A DNA stretch of 32,000 nt from Microcystis aeruginosa NIES-843 (GCF_000010625.1 NC_010296.1:300001-332000); one strand, 5' to 3'; shown: positions 1-10,888, numbered from the stretch's first letter. Program-made: numbers and translations. The notes: generated from the sequence alone by a model not told the origin.

Positions 1-1
1 T

Positions 2-460
2 ATCACCAATTGTTCCTGTCCCGATTGGGAAAATCCCTGTAAACATATTGCTGGAGTTTATTATCTGGTTGCCTCCCAATTAGATCAGGATCCTTTCCTC
101 TTATTTGAATTACGGGGTATCTCTCGTCAAAAATTACTGCAAGAGTTAGCAAAAACTCCCCTCGGTAAGCTGCTTTCCTCCTCCATCCAAGAGGAAAAAA
201 TTCCTCTTAACCCCGTTACCTCCTATCACACTAAACCCGAAACCATACTGGCAGCAGAAACAATTGATCTCAAAGAATTTTGGCACTCTCATCACCGTTT
301 ACCCGAAAATCCTCAGTTAGTTAAATCCGCAACTATTCCCGCAATTGTCATTAAAAAAGCTGGTGATTATCCTGCATTTTGGGATAAGGATACTTCCTTT
401 ATCGAGGTAATGGAAGAAATGTATCAACGGGTACGCAATAAAAATGCAGGTATGTTATAA
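2..460 (+). CDS. 3' part of a SWIM zinc-finger domain protein (5' end outside the window)
   Basis: The frame is open from the window edge to TAA at 458-460. The translation starts ITNCSCPDWENPCKHIAGVYY, which is the CxCx(n)CxH SWIM signature. It is absent from the ORF track because it has no start codon in the window. Confidence 0.6.
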   Translation: MTNCSCPDWENPCKHIAGVYYLVASQLDQDPFLLFELRGISRQKLLQELAKTPLGKLLSSSIQEEKIPLNPVTSYHTKPETILAAETIDLKEFWHSHHRLPENPQLVKSATIPAIVIKKAGDYPAFWDKDTSFIEVMEEMYQRVRNKNAGML

Positions 461-481
461 TTTTTAAGACAAGCAGAATCT

Positions 482-2506
482 ATGAACCAAGAATCTCTCA
501 GCTTTGTCCATGGTAATGTCAAGTCAGCCGATCGCTTTTTAGTTTGTGGATTGGGTAGTCTCGGACAACACTGCGTCAAGTCTTTAAAAGAGTTTGGGGT
601 TAGCGTCGTCGGTATCGAACTAATACAGCCTCCCAGTTGGGAAATTAATGATTTTCCCGATTTATTAGAGGAAATAATTATCGGTGATTGTCGTCAAAAA
701 AACATTTTAGCAAGAGCGGGAATCGATCGCTGTCGGGCCGCTTTAATTGTCACCAGTGATGAGCGAATTAATGCCACCACTGCCCTAATTATTCGGCAAT
801 TAAATCCCCTTACCCGCTTAGTGGTGCGTTCTTCTAAAGATAATCTCAATCAGCTACTCAAGGAACGTTTAGGCAATTTTATCGCCTATGAACCCACCCA
901 ACTACCCGCCAATGCCTTTGCTTTAGCCACATTAGGCACAGAAACCCTCGGTTTTTTGCATCTCGACGGTCAGAAATTGCGGATTATCCAGAGACAAATT
1001 AGCCCCGAAGATGGTTTACTCGATCGCTTTTTAGGTGATTTAAATACTCCCACCCGTCGTCTGTTAGCACACACAGCCCCCGATGAACCTTTAAGGGCCG
1101 GATTTTATCAATGGTCTCCCACCACCACTATCAGGGCTGGTGATACCATTACCACTATAGAGACTACCTATCAAAACATCGATTCTACCCGCCAGAAACC
1201 GTCAAATTCTCCCCAGAAGTTGCGGGATTTTTGGCAGAAATTCCTCAAAGAAATCCAACAATTCTGGCAATTGAGTTTTCAGCAGCAAATTCATCGGGTG
1301 GCTTTCCTGTCAGTATTTATCATTATCCTCCTAGTAATTATCGGGACTTTTCTTTTCCATCTCTACGCCCCGAGAGCTTCCTTTATTTCCTCTCTTTCAG
1401 GAACAGCGATCCTTTTATTAGGTGGTTACGGCGATGTTTTCGGTGGCTCTAACCCCGAAGATTTAAATGCGGTTCCCTGGTGGATGCAGCTATTTAGTCT
1501 CTTTTTAACCTTAGCTGGAACCGCTTTTATCGGGGTTCTCTATGCCATTTTGACAGAAACTTTATTATCATCAAGATTTCAATTTATCCCTAACCGTCCC
1601 CCAGTTCCCCAACAGAATCATATCGTTATTGTTGGCTTAGGTCGAGTCGGCAGAGAAGTGGCTAATTTATTACTAGAAATGCAACAGGCGATCGTCGGGG
1701 TGAGCTTAAATAGGGATTTTGATGGGACTATGCTGCCAAAAATGCCCCTGATGACGGGAAATATCGAAGAATCTTTAAAAAATGTCAATTTAGATAGGGC
1801 CAAAAGTATAGCCATCGTTACCGATGACGAAATCCTCAATTTAGAAGTGGCCCTAACCACCCGCAAACTCAACCCCCAAAGCTACTTAGTCATCCGCACC
1901 ACCGACGACAACCTTAGTCAACAATTAAGTCAAATTCTGCCCCGATCTCACATTTTAGGAACCAACACCGTAGCGGCAGAAGCCTTTACGGGAGCGGCTT
2001 TCGGAGAAAATATTATCTATCTGTTCCGTTGGGCGCAAAAAACGATTCTGGTGACAGAATACGAGATCGAAGCCGGAGATACTCTCAATGGTAGCTCGAT
2101 CGGGGATATTGCCTACGGTTATCGAGTCGTGCCGATCCTACACCAACGAGAACGGCAAGCCCCGAAATTAATGCCCGAAGATTATCTCAATTTACGCATC
2201 GGCGATCGCATTGTGGTGCTGGCCACCATCAACGGACTGCGACGGGTGGAGCAGGGTCGTCGCACTCCCAAAACTTGGCGCGTGCGGGTGGAAAAAGCCT
2301 TTAACCGCAATATTGCCGCGGAAGCACCCACCGTGATCAGTCGTTTTTCTAATTGTCCCCTGAAAACCGCCAGCGATCTCATGGAAAATTTGCCAGCGAC
2401 TCTCGGCGCCCCCCTCTACGAACAGCAGGCGATTCGATTAGTTTCCGAGTTAAAAAAAATTCAAGTTCAAGCCTTGGCTATTCCCATTAACCCGAAATCG
2501 GGGTAA
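482..2506 (+). CDS. 2-TM K+ channel-like protein with RCK/TrkA-N domains on both sides of the pore, a TrkA-C-like domain and an L7/L12-CTD-like tail
   Basis: 674-aa ORF. Rossmann motifs GLGSLGQH and GLGRVGRE are present. Two hydrophobic helices flank LLLGGYGDV (the GYGD filter at nt 1421-1435). HIP1-rich, core-like composition. Confidence 0.8.
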   Translation: MNQESLSFVHGNVKSADRFLVCGLGSLGQHCVKSLKEFGVSVVGIELIQPPSWEINDFPDLLEEIIIGDCRQKNILARAGIDRCRAALIVTSDERINATTALIIRQLNPLTRLVVRSSKDNLNQLLKERLGNFIAYEPTQLPANAFALATLGTETLGFLHLDGQKLRIIQRQISPEDGLLDRFLGDLNTPTRRLLAHTAPDEPLRAGFYQWSPTTTIRAGDTITTIETTYQNIDSTRQKPSNSPQKLRDFWQKFLKEIQQFWQLSFQQQIHRVAFLSVFIIILLVIIGTFLFHLYAPRASFISSLSGTAILLLGGYGDVFGGSNPEDLNAVPWWMQLFSLFLTLAGTAFIGVLYAILTETLLSSRFQFIPNRPPVPQQNHIVIVGLGRVGREVANLLLEMQQAIVGVSLNRDFDGTMLPKMPLMTGNIEESLKNVNLDRAKSIAIVTDDEILNLEVALTTRKLNPQSYLVIRTTDDNLSQQLSQILPRSHILGTNTVAAEAFTGAAFGENIIYLFRWAQKTILVTEYEIEAGDTLNGSSIGDIAYGYRVVPILHQRERQAPKLMPEDYLNLRIGDRIVVLATINGLRRVEQGRRTPKTWRVRVEKAFNRNIAAEAPTVISRFSNCPLKTASDLMENLPATLGAPLYEQQAIRLVSELKKIQVQALAIPINPKSG

Positions 2507-2556
2507 ATGGGAGTTATACTTTTTTTGTCAAACTAGAAGGCTCTCTCGGTCTTTTT

Positions 2557-4335
2557 TTATGCAGTTAAAGTGACCGTAGCCTTGGCAGTTTGTCCAGAAT
2601 CAGAAGTGGCAGTAATAGTAATTGTATCCCCAGCATTTCCTTGTGGGGGTGCAGTGTAGGTAAATTTGGCATCAGTGGTATTTTTATCAATTTTACCGCT
2701 TTCTGGCGGTGAGATTGTGATGGTGTAGTTACCAACGGGATTAATGCTAAATTCCTGGATTCCATTTAATGCTAAAGCTGCGCTAGACGGAGCGATCAAA
2801 ATCGTTGGAGGTAGTCCCTGTCCAGTGGAACTAGCCTCTACAGTTACTTTTTTCTCTACTTGATTAATTAAATCGGGAATAAGACGTTCGCTAAATCCAG
2901 CCACAAAAGCCATTGTCAAAAGTCCATATAAATAGGTGTCATTCCCCTTATTTCCATTGTCAGTCCGAATTTGTAAGGGAGAAATGCTAGAGTTAAGAAT
3001 TAGCAGAATAAAGAAAGCGAAACTTCCCCCTAAAATGGGTTTGGTTAAACCAATTGACAATGGCAAGAAGTCATCGTCATATTTTTGATTTTTGGGATTA
3101 TCAAAGTCTTGCAAACGAGTTAGAAGACTAACTGCTCCCCCTAAAGTCCCTGTCATCAATATCAATATCAAGAGTCTAAAATTTTCATCTTTGTCCTCAG
3201 TATTTTGGTTACTAGAATTTGAGATTGGAGGTAAGGGCATAAGCAAATTCTTCACTGGAGGGGAGTTCATAATACCCCAATTCAAAGGGAGAGCTAACAC
3301 TAATCCAATTAAAACTTTTGTAGGTATTTTGATAGAATGGAAAAGATTACCTCTGAATTCGGCTAGACCATTCCAAAAACCCATCTGGGTTTTTCTTAAT
3401 CCTGTTTCGGCAGCATAGCGTAATTTTTGTGCCAAAATAATATTAGGTTGACCTGTTAAAGATTTAATCGCAATTTCTCCAGCATCTACCACCGACTTTA
3501 CTTGCATGATATCCCAAGCTTTGGAACTGTTGATGAGTTCCACCTGCGCTATCCCTAGTATTATAATTAATTTGGCTAATTCTCCCTGTACTTCCCGGTC
3601 TAATTCTGGAGGGAATCCCGCTACTTGTTCTTTAGTTTTTCCCAGCAAAGTATCAATTCTTTGATTTAGTTTAATCACCTCATCTCTAGCTTTAATTTCA
3701 TTGATTAAATCGTCTAAAGTTTGAAATAAAACACTTGCTTCTTGTACTTGTAGTTGTGCAGAATTATCTTTAAATTCCTTGACTAACTTTTCAAAGGGTT
3801 CATCTACTTCAGGAATTGAACTATATTTGTCTAATTTATCCTTCAGTTCAGCAATCAAAGACTCATTTTTCTGTTGTAATTCCACAGTCGTGGAAAATTT
3901 AACCAAAGTATCTTTAACTTTTGTTTGCCAAGCAGTTAGCTTTTCCTTAAGTTTTGGCAAGTTTGCATCGTTAGCATTAGCATCAAATACAATCGTAATT
4001 GTTGCGACCAAACTATCAATTTCTTGGCTTAAAGTATCAAGAGGAATTTCTGAAATTTTACCCGTAGATAAAAGGTTGATTGTCTCCACAAGCTGATCTA
4101 TATGAGCTATTATTTGTTTTTCTAATTCTTCTCTGCTAGGTAAAGGGTCTGAAAAAGTTAATTCACCTAGTTTTTGAATAAGTTCATCTCTTAAATTATT
4201 AGTCTCTTGAGTGATTGTTTTGGCTTCTGTTTGGTAACTAGCAAGGGTAGCTGATTTATCCTGACTAAATTTATTTTGGGTTTCTAGAATAAATTGATTA
4301 ATTTTTTGTTCGATAGCAGGATTTGGATTAATCAT
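2557..4335 (-). CDS. Hypothetical membrane protein: ~330-aa helical/coiled-coil N-domain, about four TM helices, C-terminal Ig-like beta domain
   Basis: 592-aa uninterrupted ORF. Hydrophobic segments include VLIGLVLALPL, LLILILMTGTLGGAVSLL, ILGGSFAFFILLIL and LYGLLTMAFVAGF. The tail YTITISPP...DTITITATSDSGQTAKATVTLTA is Ig-like. I recognise no family. Confidence 0.6.
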   Translation of the reverse strand: MINPNPAIEQKINQFILETQNKFSQDKSATLASYQTEAKTITQETNNLRDELIQKLGELTFSDPLPSREELEKQIIAHIDQLVETINLLSTGKISEIPLDTLSQEIDSLVATITIVFDANANDANLPKLKEKLTAWQTKVKDTLVKFSTTVELQQKNESLIAELKDKLDKYSSIPEVDEPFEKLVKEFKDNSAQLQVQEASVLFQTLDDLINEIKARDEVIKLNQRIDTLLGKTKEQVAGFPPELDREVQGELAKLIIILGIAQVELINSSKAWDIMQVKSVVDAGEIAIKSLTGQPNIILAQKLRYAAETGLRKTQMGFWNGLAEFRGNLFHSIKIPTKVLIGLVLALPLNWGIMNSPPVKNLLMPLPPISNSSNQNTEDKDENFRLLILILMTGTLGGAVSLLTRLQDFDNPKNQKYDDDFLPLSIGLTKPILGGSFAFFILLILNSSISPLQIRTDNGNKGNDTYLYGLLTMAFVAGFSERLIPDLINQVEKKVTVEASSTGQGLPPTILIAPSSAALALNGIQEFSINPVGNYTITISPPESGKIDKNTTDAKFTYTAPPQGNAGDTITITATSDSGQTAKATVTLTA

Positions 4336-4520
4336 GGTTGTCTTCTCCTAAAAAAAAGGCGAAAATGGGCTAAAATTCGATTATCTCCCCAATGCTACAA
4401 TAGTTATCATTGATTTTCTGCAATTATTCATAAATCTTGATAAATTTTTATTTTTTTAACTCAATTCAGTCTGCCGTGGGGAGATAACACCCTGATCTCC
4501 TCAATAACCGCACACCGGGA

Positions 4521-4547
4521 TTAGCACTCAAGCCCTAAGAGTGCTAA
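4521..4547 (+). promoter_or_regulatory. CIRCE operator (HrcA binding site) of groEL
   Basis: TTAGCACTC-N9-GAGTGCTAA, a perfect inverted repeat about 36 nt upstream of the groEL ATG. Confidence 0.9.
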
Positions 4548-6257
<1,710 letters not shown>

Positions 6258-6307
6258 TTCCTGATGCCGTCTGGCCCCTGAAAATAATCTCATTCCATTG
6301 AGCCAAT

Positions 6308-6353
6308 CTGTCCCTTTTCTCGTTATCGTCGGCATTAGGGACAGGTTTTTTTT
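6308..6353 (+). terminator. Rho-independent terminator of groEL
   Basis: CTGTCCCT (6308-6315) pairs with AGGGACAG (6337-6344), followed by a T8 run (6346-6353). Confidence 0.7.
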
Positions 6354-6447
6354 CATCGGGAAAAACTTTTTCAGCAGAACCTGCTTAATCTATCCTTTGC
6401 ATTAGTCCAGACACTACACTAGAAAAGAAGGATTATTCCCAGAAATC

Positions 6448-8337
6448 ATGACACTGCTGACGGTTCGATCGCTCAAAAAAGACTTCGGTATCAAGGAAAT
6501 TCTCAAAGATGCGAGTTTTAGTCTCGATGATCGCGATAAAGTCGGCCTGATCGGTACGAATGGATCGGGAAAATCGACCCTATTGAAAATGATCGCCGGA
6601 TTAGAAGCGATCGATGGTGGCGAAATTCAAATCAATTCGGGGATGAAAATCGTCTATTTACCCCAGCAACCCGATCTAGACGACGATAAAACGGTTTTAG
6701 AGCAGGTTTTCGCCGATAGTGGCGAAAGTATGACTTTAATTAAGGAATACGAGGAATTGTCCGATCGCCTTGTCCATGAGCCAGAAAATCTGGATACTAT
6801 TATGGAACGTTTGTCAAGGGTTTCGCAACAAATTGATAAACTTGCCGCCTGGGATTTAGAAACCAATGCTAAAGTTATTTTAAGTAAACTGGGTATCGAT
6901 AATTTTAATGCTCGCGTGGGAGATTTATCGGGGGGATATCGCAAAAGAATCGCCATCGCTACCGCACTTTTAGCCGATCCTGACTGTTTATTGATGGATG
7001 AACCCACAAACCATTTAGACGCGCTTTCCGTGGAGTGGTTACAGAGTTATTTGTCCCGTTTTCGGGGAGGATTATTATTAATTACTCACGATCGCTATTT
7101 TCTCGATCGAGTGACTAATCGCATCATTGAAATCGATCGGGGAGATTTATCTACTTATTCTGGTAATTATGCCTATTATCTAGAAAAAAAAGCTTTAGCG
7201 GAAGAATCGATCGCCAGTAGTCAACGCAAACACGCGGGAGTTTTACGACGGGAATTAGAATGGTTATCCCGGGGACCAAAAGCGCGCAGTACCAAACAAA
7301 AAGCGCGGATCGATCGCATTCAGGCAATGGGGACTAAGGAATTTAAACAGGTGGAGGGAAAAGTCGATATTGCCACCGCAGGAAGACGCATCGGCAAAAA
7401 AGTTATCGAAGTAGAAAAGATCTCGAAAGCTTACGGCGATCATACTTTAATTAAAGATTTTACCTATATTTTTACCCCCGAAGATCGCATCGGTATTATT
7501 GGCAGTAACGGGGTAGGAAAATCTACTCTCATGGATATTATTACCGGGAAAACTCTCCCCGATTCAGGCACGGTTGACATCGGTTCCACTATTCATATTG
7601 GTTACTTCGATCAACAATCCGATGATCTCAATATCAACGAAAATCAAAGAGTGATCGAATATCTGAAAAGTGTGGCCGAATTAGTCAAAACCCTAGACGG
7701 CAGCGTGATCACCGCTTCCCAGATGTTAGAAAAATTTCTCTTTCCTCCCGATCAACAGTATGCACCAATTTATAAACTTTCTGGAGGAGAAAGACGACGC
7801 TTATTTTTACTACGAGTTTTGATGAGTGCGCCTAATGTTTTAATCTTAGATGAACCCACCAATGATCTCGATGTGCAGACTTTAGCAATTTTAGAAGAAT
7901 ATTTAGAGGACTTTAACGGTTGTGTGATTGTCGTTTCCCATGATCGCTATTTTCTCGATCGAGTAGTTGATACTATTTTTTCCTTTGAAACCGGGGGTAA
8001 TATCCGTCAATATCCGGGTAATTATTCCCTTTATCTCGATCAGAAAAAAGAGGAGGAGGAACCAAAAGAAAAAAAAGTCACCCCAAAAACTGTTAAAGCT
8101 TCTCCGTCACCCGTCAATAAGAAAATCTCTTTTAAAGAGAAAAAAGAATACGAAGATATCGAAAAACAAATACCAATTTTAGAAGCAAAAAAAGCTGAAA
8201 TTGAACAGGTACTTTATGGAGAACCCCTAGAAGATTTTACTAAAATAACCGCTCTGACCGAAGAATTAGCTCAATTGAGTCAAAAAATTGATAATTTAAC
8301 CGATCGCTGGTTAGAATTAGCGGAAAAATTAGGCTAG
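6448..8337 (+). CDS. ABC-F family ATPase (Uup-like, two ABC cassettes, no membrane domain)
   Basis: First cassette: GTNGSGKST / LSGGYRKR / LLMDEPTNHLD. Second cassette: GSNGVGKST / LSGGERRR / LILDEPTNDLD. The tail is Lys/Glu-rich and coiled-coil. Confidence 0.9.
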   Translation: MTLLTVRSLKKDFGIKEILKDASFSLDDRDKVGLIGTNGSGKSTLLKMIAGLEAIDGGEIQINSGMKIVYLPQQPDLDDDKTVLEQVFADSGESMTLIKEYEELSDRLVHEPENLDTIMERLSRVSQQIDKLAAWDLETNAKVILSKLGIDNFNARVGDLSGGYRKRIAIATALLADPDCLLMDEPTNHLDALSVEWLQSYLSRFRGGLLLITHDRYFLDRVTNRIIEIDRGDLSTYSGNYAYYLEKKALAEESIASSQRKHAGVLRRELEWLSRGPKARSTKQKARIDRIQAMGTKEFKQVEGKVDIATAGRRIGKKVIEVEKISKAYGDHTLIKDFTYIFTPEDRIGIIGSNGVGKSTLMDIITGKTLPDSGTVDIGSTIHIGYFDQQSDDLNINENQRVIEYLKSVAELVKTLDGSVITASQMLEKFLFPPDQQYAPIYKLSGGERRRLFLLRVLMSAPNVLILDEPTNDLDVQTLAILEEYLEDFNGCVIVVSHDRYFLDRVVDTIFSFETGGNIRQYPGNYSLYLDQKKEEEEPKEKKVTPKTVKASPSPVNKKISFKEKKEYEDIEKQIPILEAKKAEIEQVLYGEPLEDFTKITALTEELAQLSQKIDNLTDRWLELAEKLG

Positions 8338-8366
8338 GATAATCCCTATTTTCCCGATCAATTTAG

Positions 8367-8837
8367 TCAAAACTGAGTGATAATTTCTGGTGAATCATCC
8401 TCATCCATGACCAGATCTACCGACTCCACCCGCAAGAGGGCCAAATTATCGTTAACCACCCCTTGAAGATAGATTTCCCCCATCCCTTCACCCCCCAGAT
8501 CGATCGAGCCGAAAACTTGACCGGTTTTGGTATTAAAATTAAACTGAAAATAATTAGCCGAGGAAATTCCCTCGCTGACATTATCGTATTTAGCGATCTC
8601 TTGACCACCATTGTCATAAAAAGATACCTGAAAATTTTCTAAAACTCGCATTTTTCCCGAACCTTTTTCCGAAAAGATAGTCGGGGCCGTTTTTTCATCA
8701 TAACTAAAAGAACCTTTAGCTGTATAGCCTTGATTTCCCAACCATTGAAAATCGAGCGTCACTGCTAAAACCCCTTGGCTATTCATGTTAGCAACTAAAA
8801 GCCAAGCTAATAGTAAAGTCAATATTATCTTTTTCAT
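8367..8837 (-). CDS. Small secreted hypothetical protein
   Basis: 156-aa ORF with a signal-peptide-like N-terminus (MKKIILTLLLAWLLVANMNSQG). No family recognised. Confidence 0.5.
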   Translation of the reverse strand: MKKIILTLLLAWLLVANMNSQGVLAVTLDFQWLGNQGYTAKGSFSYDEKTAPTIFSEKGSGKMRVLENFQVSFYDNGGQEIAKYDNVSEGISSANYFQFNFNTKTGQVFGSIDLGGEGMGEIYLQGVVNDNLALLRVESVDLVMDEDDSPEIITQF

Positions 8838-9107
8838 TAGTCGGTTATTTCATTTACAGCAGTTATCCTAATGGTGAGGTAGGAACAAAATCGGTAAAAC
8901 CCCACACCCCACACCCTGCCACCAGGAAAAACCTTTTCAGCAGACCCTATTATAGCAAAGGGATTGCTACTTGCTTCCAATTAAGTAGGGAGGCACAATT
9001 ATTTGTAGGATGGGTTAGCGGTAGCGTAACATAATCGGGAGTTGGGTTTCATGCTTCAACCCAACCTACGTTCATCTTATATTTAATTCCACCCACCTAC
9101 TTAGTCA

Positions 9108-9128
9108 CTGATAACTGATAACTGAATA
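9108..9128. repeat. Heptamer array (ACTGATA)x3
   Basis: Tandem 7-mers at the break of the decayed Rpn copy. Confidence 0.8.
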
Positions 9129-9165
9129 GAGTTTGTCAGCGAAACGTTTTTTTGTCTTAAAGTCC

Positions 9166-9198
9166 AGAAAACGGGTTTCTCCGAGAAACCCGTTTTCT
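9166..9198. repeat. 33-bp palindrome family, copy 1 (15-bp arms, loop CCG)
   Basis: AGAAAACGGGTTTCT-CCG-AGAAACCCGTTTTCT, inserted in the decayed Rpn N-fragment. Confidence 0.9.
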
Positions 9199-9388
9199 AG
9201 GTTAACTTCAGGAAAAAAGAAGTATAAAAACGCTTCAAAATACTCGGTTAATGCTTCTTTCCAGGGTTCATCATAATTGGCGGTTGTTTGGTTCATCAAT
9301 TAGGGTGATAGTTTTAATTGTTCTCCGCTTCTGGCTAAGAGTTTTAAGGTGAATGGGTGGACAATGCCTACCCTACGGCAAGATTTTC

Positions 9389-9739
9389 TTATTGGATTCT
9401 TGCCAAAGACTGCTTAAATTCTGCGAGAGAATTAGCAGTAGCTGCTAATTTTAGTAGCTCTTCTAAGATAGTAGGGTTAGTGATTTTGCCGATTATCTCT
9501 TCAATTTCTGAAGAAATCTGTCCAAACCGCACAGTTAAAACTGTTTTTATGGCATCACGGCTTTTTTGTAACGCTCCAATTTCCTTACCAATTTCCTTGC
9601 CTATTTCTTTACCAATTTCCTTACCGCGTTCTATTCCTCGTAACTCCATATTACTTACTAAAGGCATGGTTCTTTCCTCCTCAAATTGTTTGATTTTACT
9701 CTCTAAGCTTGACTGTAATTCAGGGGATAAAGTCATCAT
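9389..9739 (-). pseudogene. Isolated C-terminal (DUF4351-type) fragment of an Rpn-family gene
   Basis: 116 aa, near-identical to the C-terminal part of the 14494-15030 copy (MMTLSPELQSSLESKIKQFEEERTMPL...AEFKQSLARIQ). It lacks the nuclease core. Confidence 0.7.
9576..9623 (-). repeat. 12-bp coding tandem repeat x4 (GKEI tetrapeptide)
   Basis: CCAATTTCCTTA units. The minus strand encodes GKEIGKEIGKEIGKEI. Confidence 0.85.
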
Positions 9740-9789
9740 ATTGTCGATGATTTCAAACAGTTTACTAAGTAAGGTAGGTATTACCCACC

Positions 9790-10848
9790 CTACTTATTTA
9801 TGATGATACTAAAAGACTTCCTACACTCCTCAAAAGAATTTACTATAAGTGCGGCTTTTAACATCTCTTCTAAAACCGAAATAACTGAAGCATCATTGAG
9901 ACATTGTCCAATATCTCCAGGGATATCGCCTAGTCGGTTTTCCAAAACTTTTTTCACAAAATCACGAGCATTTTCTAACGCTCCAATTTCTTTACCAATT
10001 TCCTTACCAATTTCCTTACCAATTTCCTTACCGATTTCCTTACCGCGTTCTATCCCTCGTAACTCCCCAATTTCCTCACCAATTTCTTTACCGCGTTCGA
10101 TTCCTCGTAACTCCATATTACTCATTAAAGGCATGGTTCTTTCCTCCTCAAATTGTTTGATTTTACTCTCTAAACTTGACTGCAATTCAGGGGATAAAGT
10201 CATCATATTGTCGATGATTTCAAACAGTTTAATTATCTGTTCTCTCTCGAACTCCTTTTCATATAATCCCCTGATTAACTTCCACTTCCACTGTTCCCGT
10301 TGTGGCAGCTTCCCAGTAGTCGCTTTTGTTTTCAGGTGTGCCATTACTATTATAGCAAAAGGATTGCTGCTTGCTTCTAGTTCTGACCATCTTTCCTCAT
10401 AGTCCAGTAATTTAACCGTTGGGAATTTGAGGCTGACTTCACAACCAGCGATAGTATAATTATAGGAATCTGGTCGCCAATTTACTCGTTCATCTCCTAA
10501 TATAGCGAGACTGATAACTGGTTTCTGATACAAATCAAAGGCCCGATAGTTATAAATATACATCCTCTGAGGAAAATTTTCTTCGTACTGGCTTTGAATT
10601 TCAATATGAATCAAAATCCAGACTTCTTCACCCCTGAGTAACCAGACTTTATAGAGTTTGTCAGCGAAACGTTTTTTTGTCTTTGCTGAAGCGGTAATCC
10701 GTTTGAGTTCTTTTTCTAGGGATTCGGGAATTTTTGTCCAATCAATCAATTGGTGAACTTCAGGAAAAAAGAAGTATAAAAACGCTTCAAAATACTCGGT
10801 TAATGCTTCTTTCCAGGGTTCATCATAATTGGCGGTTGTTTGGTTCAT
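9790..10848 (-). CDS. Rpn-family recombination-promoting nuclease / putative transposase (YhgA-like PD-(D/E)XK core with DUF4351-type tail), intact copy
   Basis: 352-aa ORF. It has the core FADKLY...WILIHIEIQS typical of the family and a C-terminal GKEI repeat region. Three truncated paralogues lie nearby. Confidence 0.75.
   Translation of the reverse strand: MNQTTANYDEPWKEALTEYFEAFLYFFFPEVHQLIDWTKIPESLEKELKRITASAKTKKRFADKLYKVWLLRGEEVWILIHIEIQSQYEENFPQRMYIYNYRAFDLYQKPVISLAILGDERVNWRPDSYNYTIAGCEVSLKFPTVKLLDYEERWSELEASSNPFAIIVMAHLKTKATTGKLPQREQWKWKLIRGLYEKEFEREQIIKLFEIIDNMMTLSPELQSSLESKIKQFEEERTMPLMSNMELRGIERGKEIGEEIGELRGIERGKEIGKEIGKEIGKEIGKEIGALENARDFVKKVLENRLGDIPGDIGQCLNDASVISVLEEMLKAALIVNSFEECRKSFSIIINK
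9983..10112 (-). repeat. 12-bp GKEI repeat x5 plus a duplicated higher-order ELRGIERGKEIG unit
   Basis: Five CC(A/G)ATTTC(C/T)TTA units at 9983-10042, then a repeated block CCGCGTTC.AT.CCTCGTAACTC. Confidence 0.8.
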
Positions 10849-10888
10849 TTGAGTTGTCCGCTTACTCTTAGGGGTGAAGCGCGATAGC

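Larger units (their letters stand above)
8945..9296 (-). pseudogene. Decayed Rpn-family gene copy: N-terminal fragment plus a ~40-bp piece of the C-module, riddled with small insertions
   Basis: 9296 down to ~9200 matches codons 1-31 of the intact copy at 10848. It is then interrupted by the 33-bp palindrome, and homology resumes over KTKKRFADKLY. A heptamer array follows (9108-9128), then a 122-bp insert flanked by TAAGTAGG/CCTACTTA (8982-9103). After that, CTATTATAGCAAAGGGATTGCTACTTGCTTCC matches 14999-15030. Confidence 0.7.

Noticed and set aside
1231-2382. Short ORFs inside or antisense to the K+ channel gene (1231-1452, 1618-1872, 2182-2382).
   Set aside because: They are fully nested in a 674-aa ORF with clear domain motifs and have no features of their own.
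6358-6384. The motif GGAAAAAC(T/C)TTTTCAGCAGA(A)CC, seen here downstream of groEL and again at 8924-8947.
   Set aside because: There are only two short copies. The second is adjacent to an Rpn fragment and may simply be part of that repeat's flank. This is too little to call an element.
9357-10402. Plus-strand ORFs encoding PISLPISLPISL repeats (9357-9803, 9800-10402, and also 14591-15034).
   Set aside because: They are the antisense reading of the GKEI 12-bp repeats and the Rpn genes. The minus-strand products have clear family features, while the plus-strand products are low complexity.
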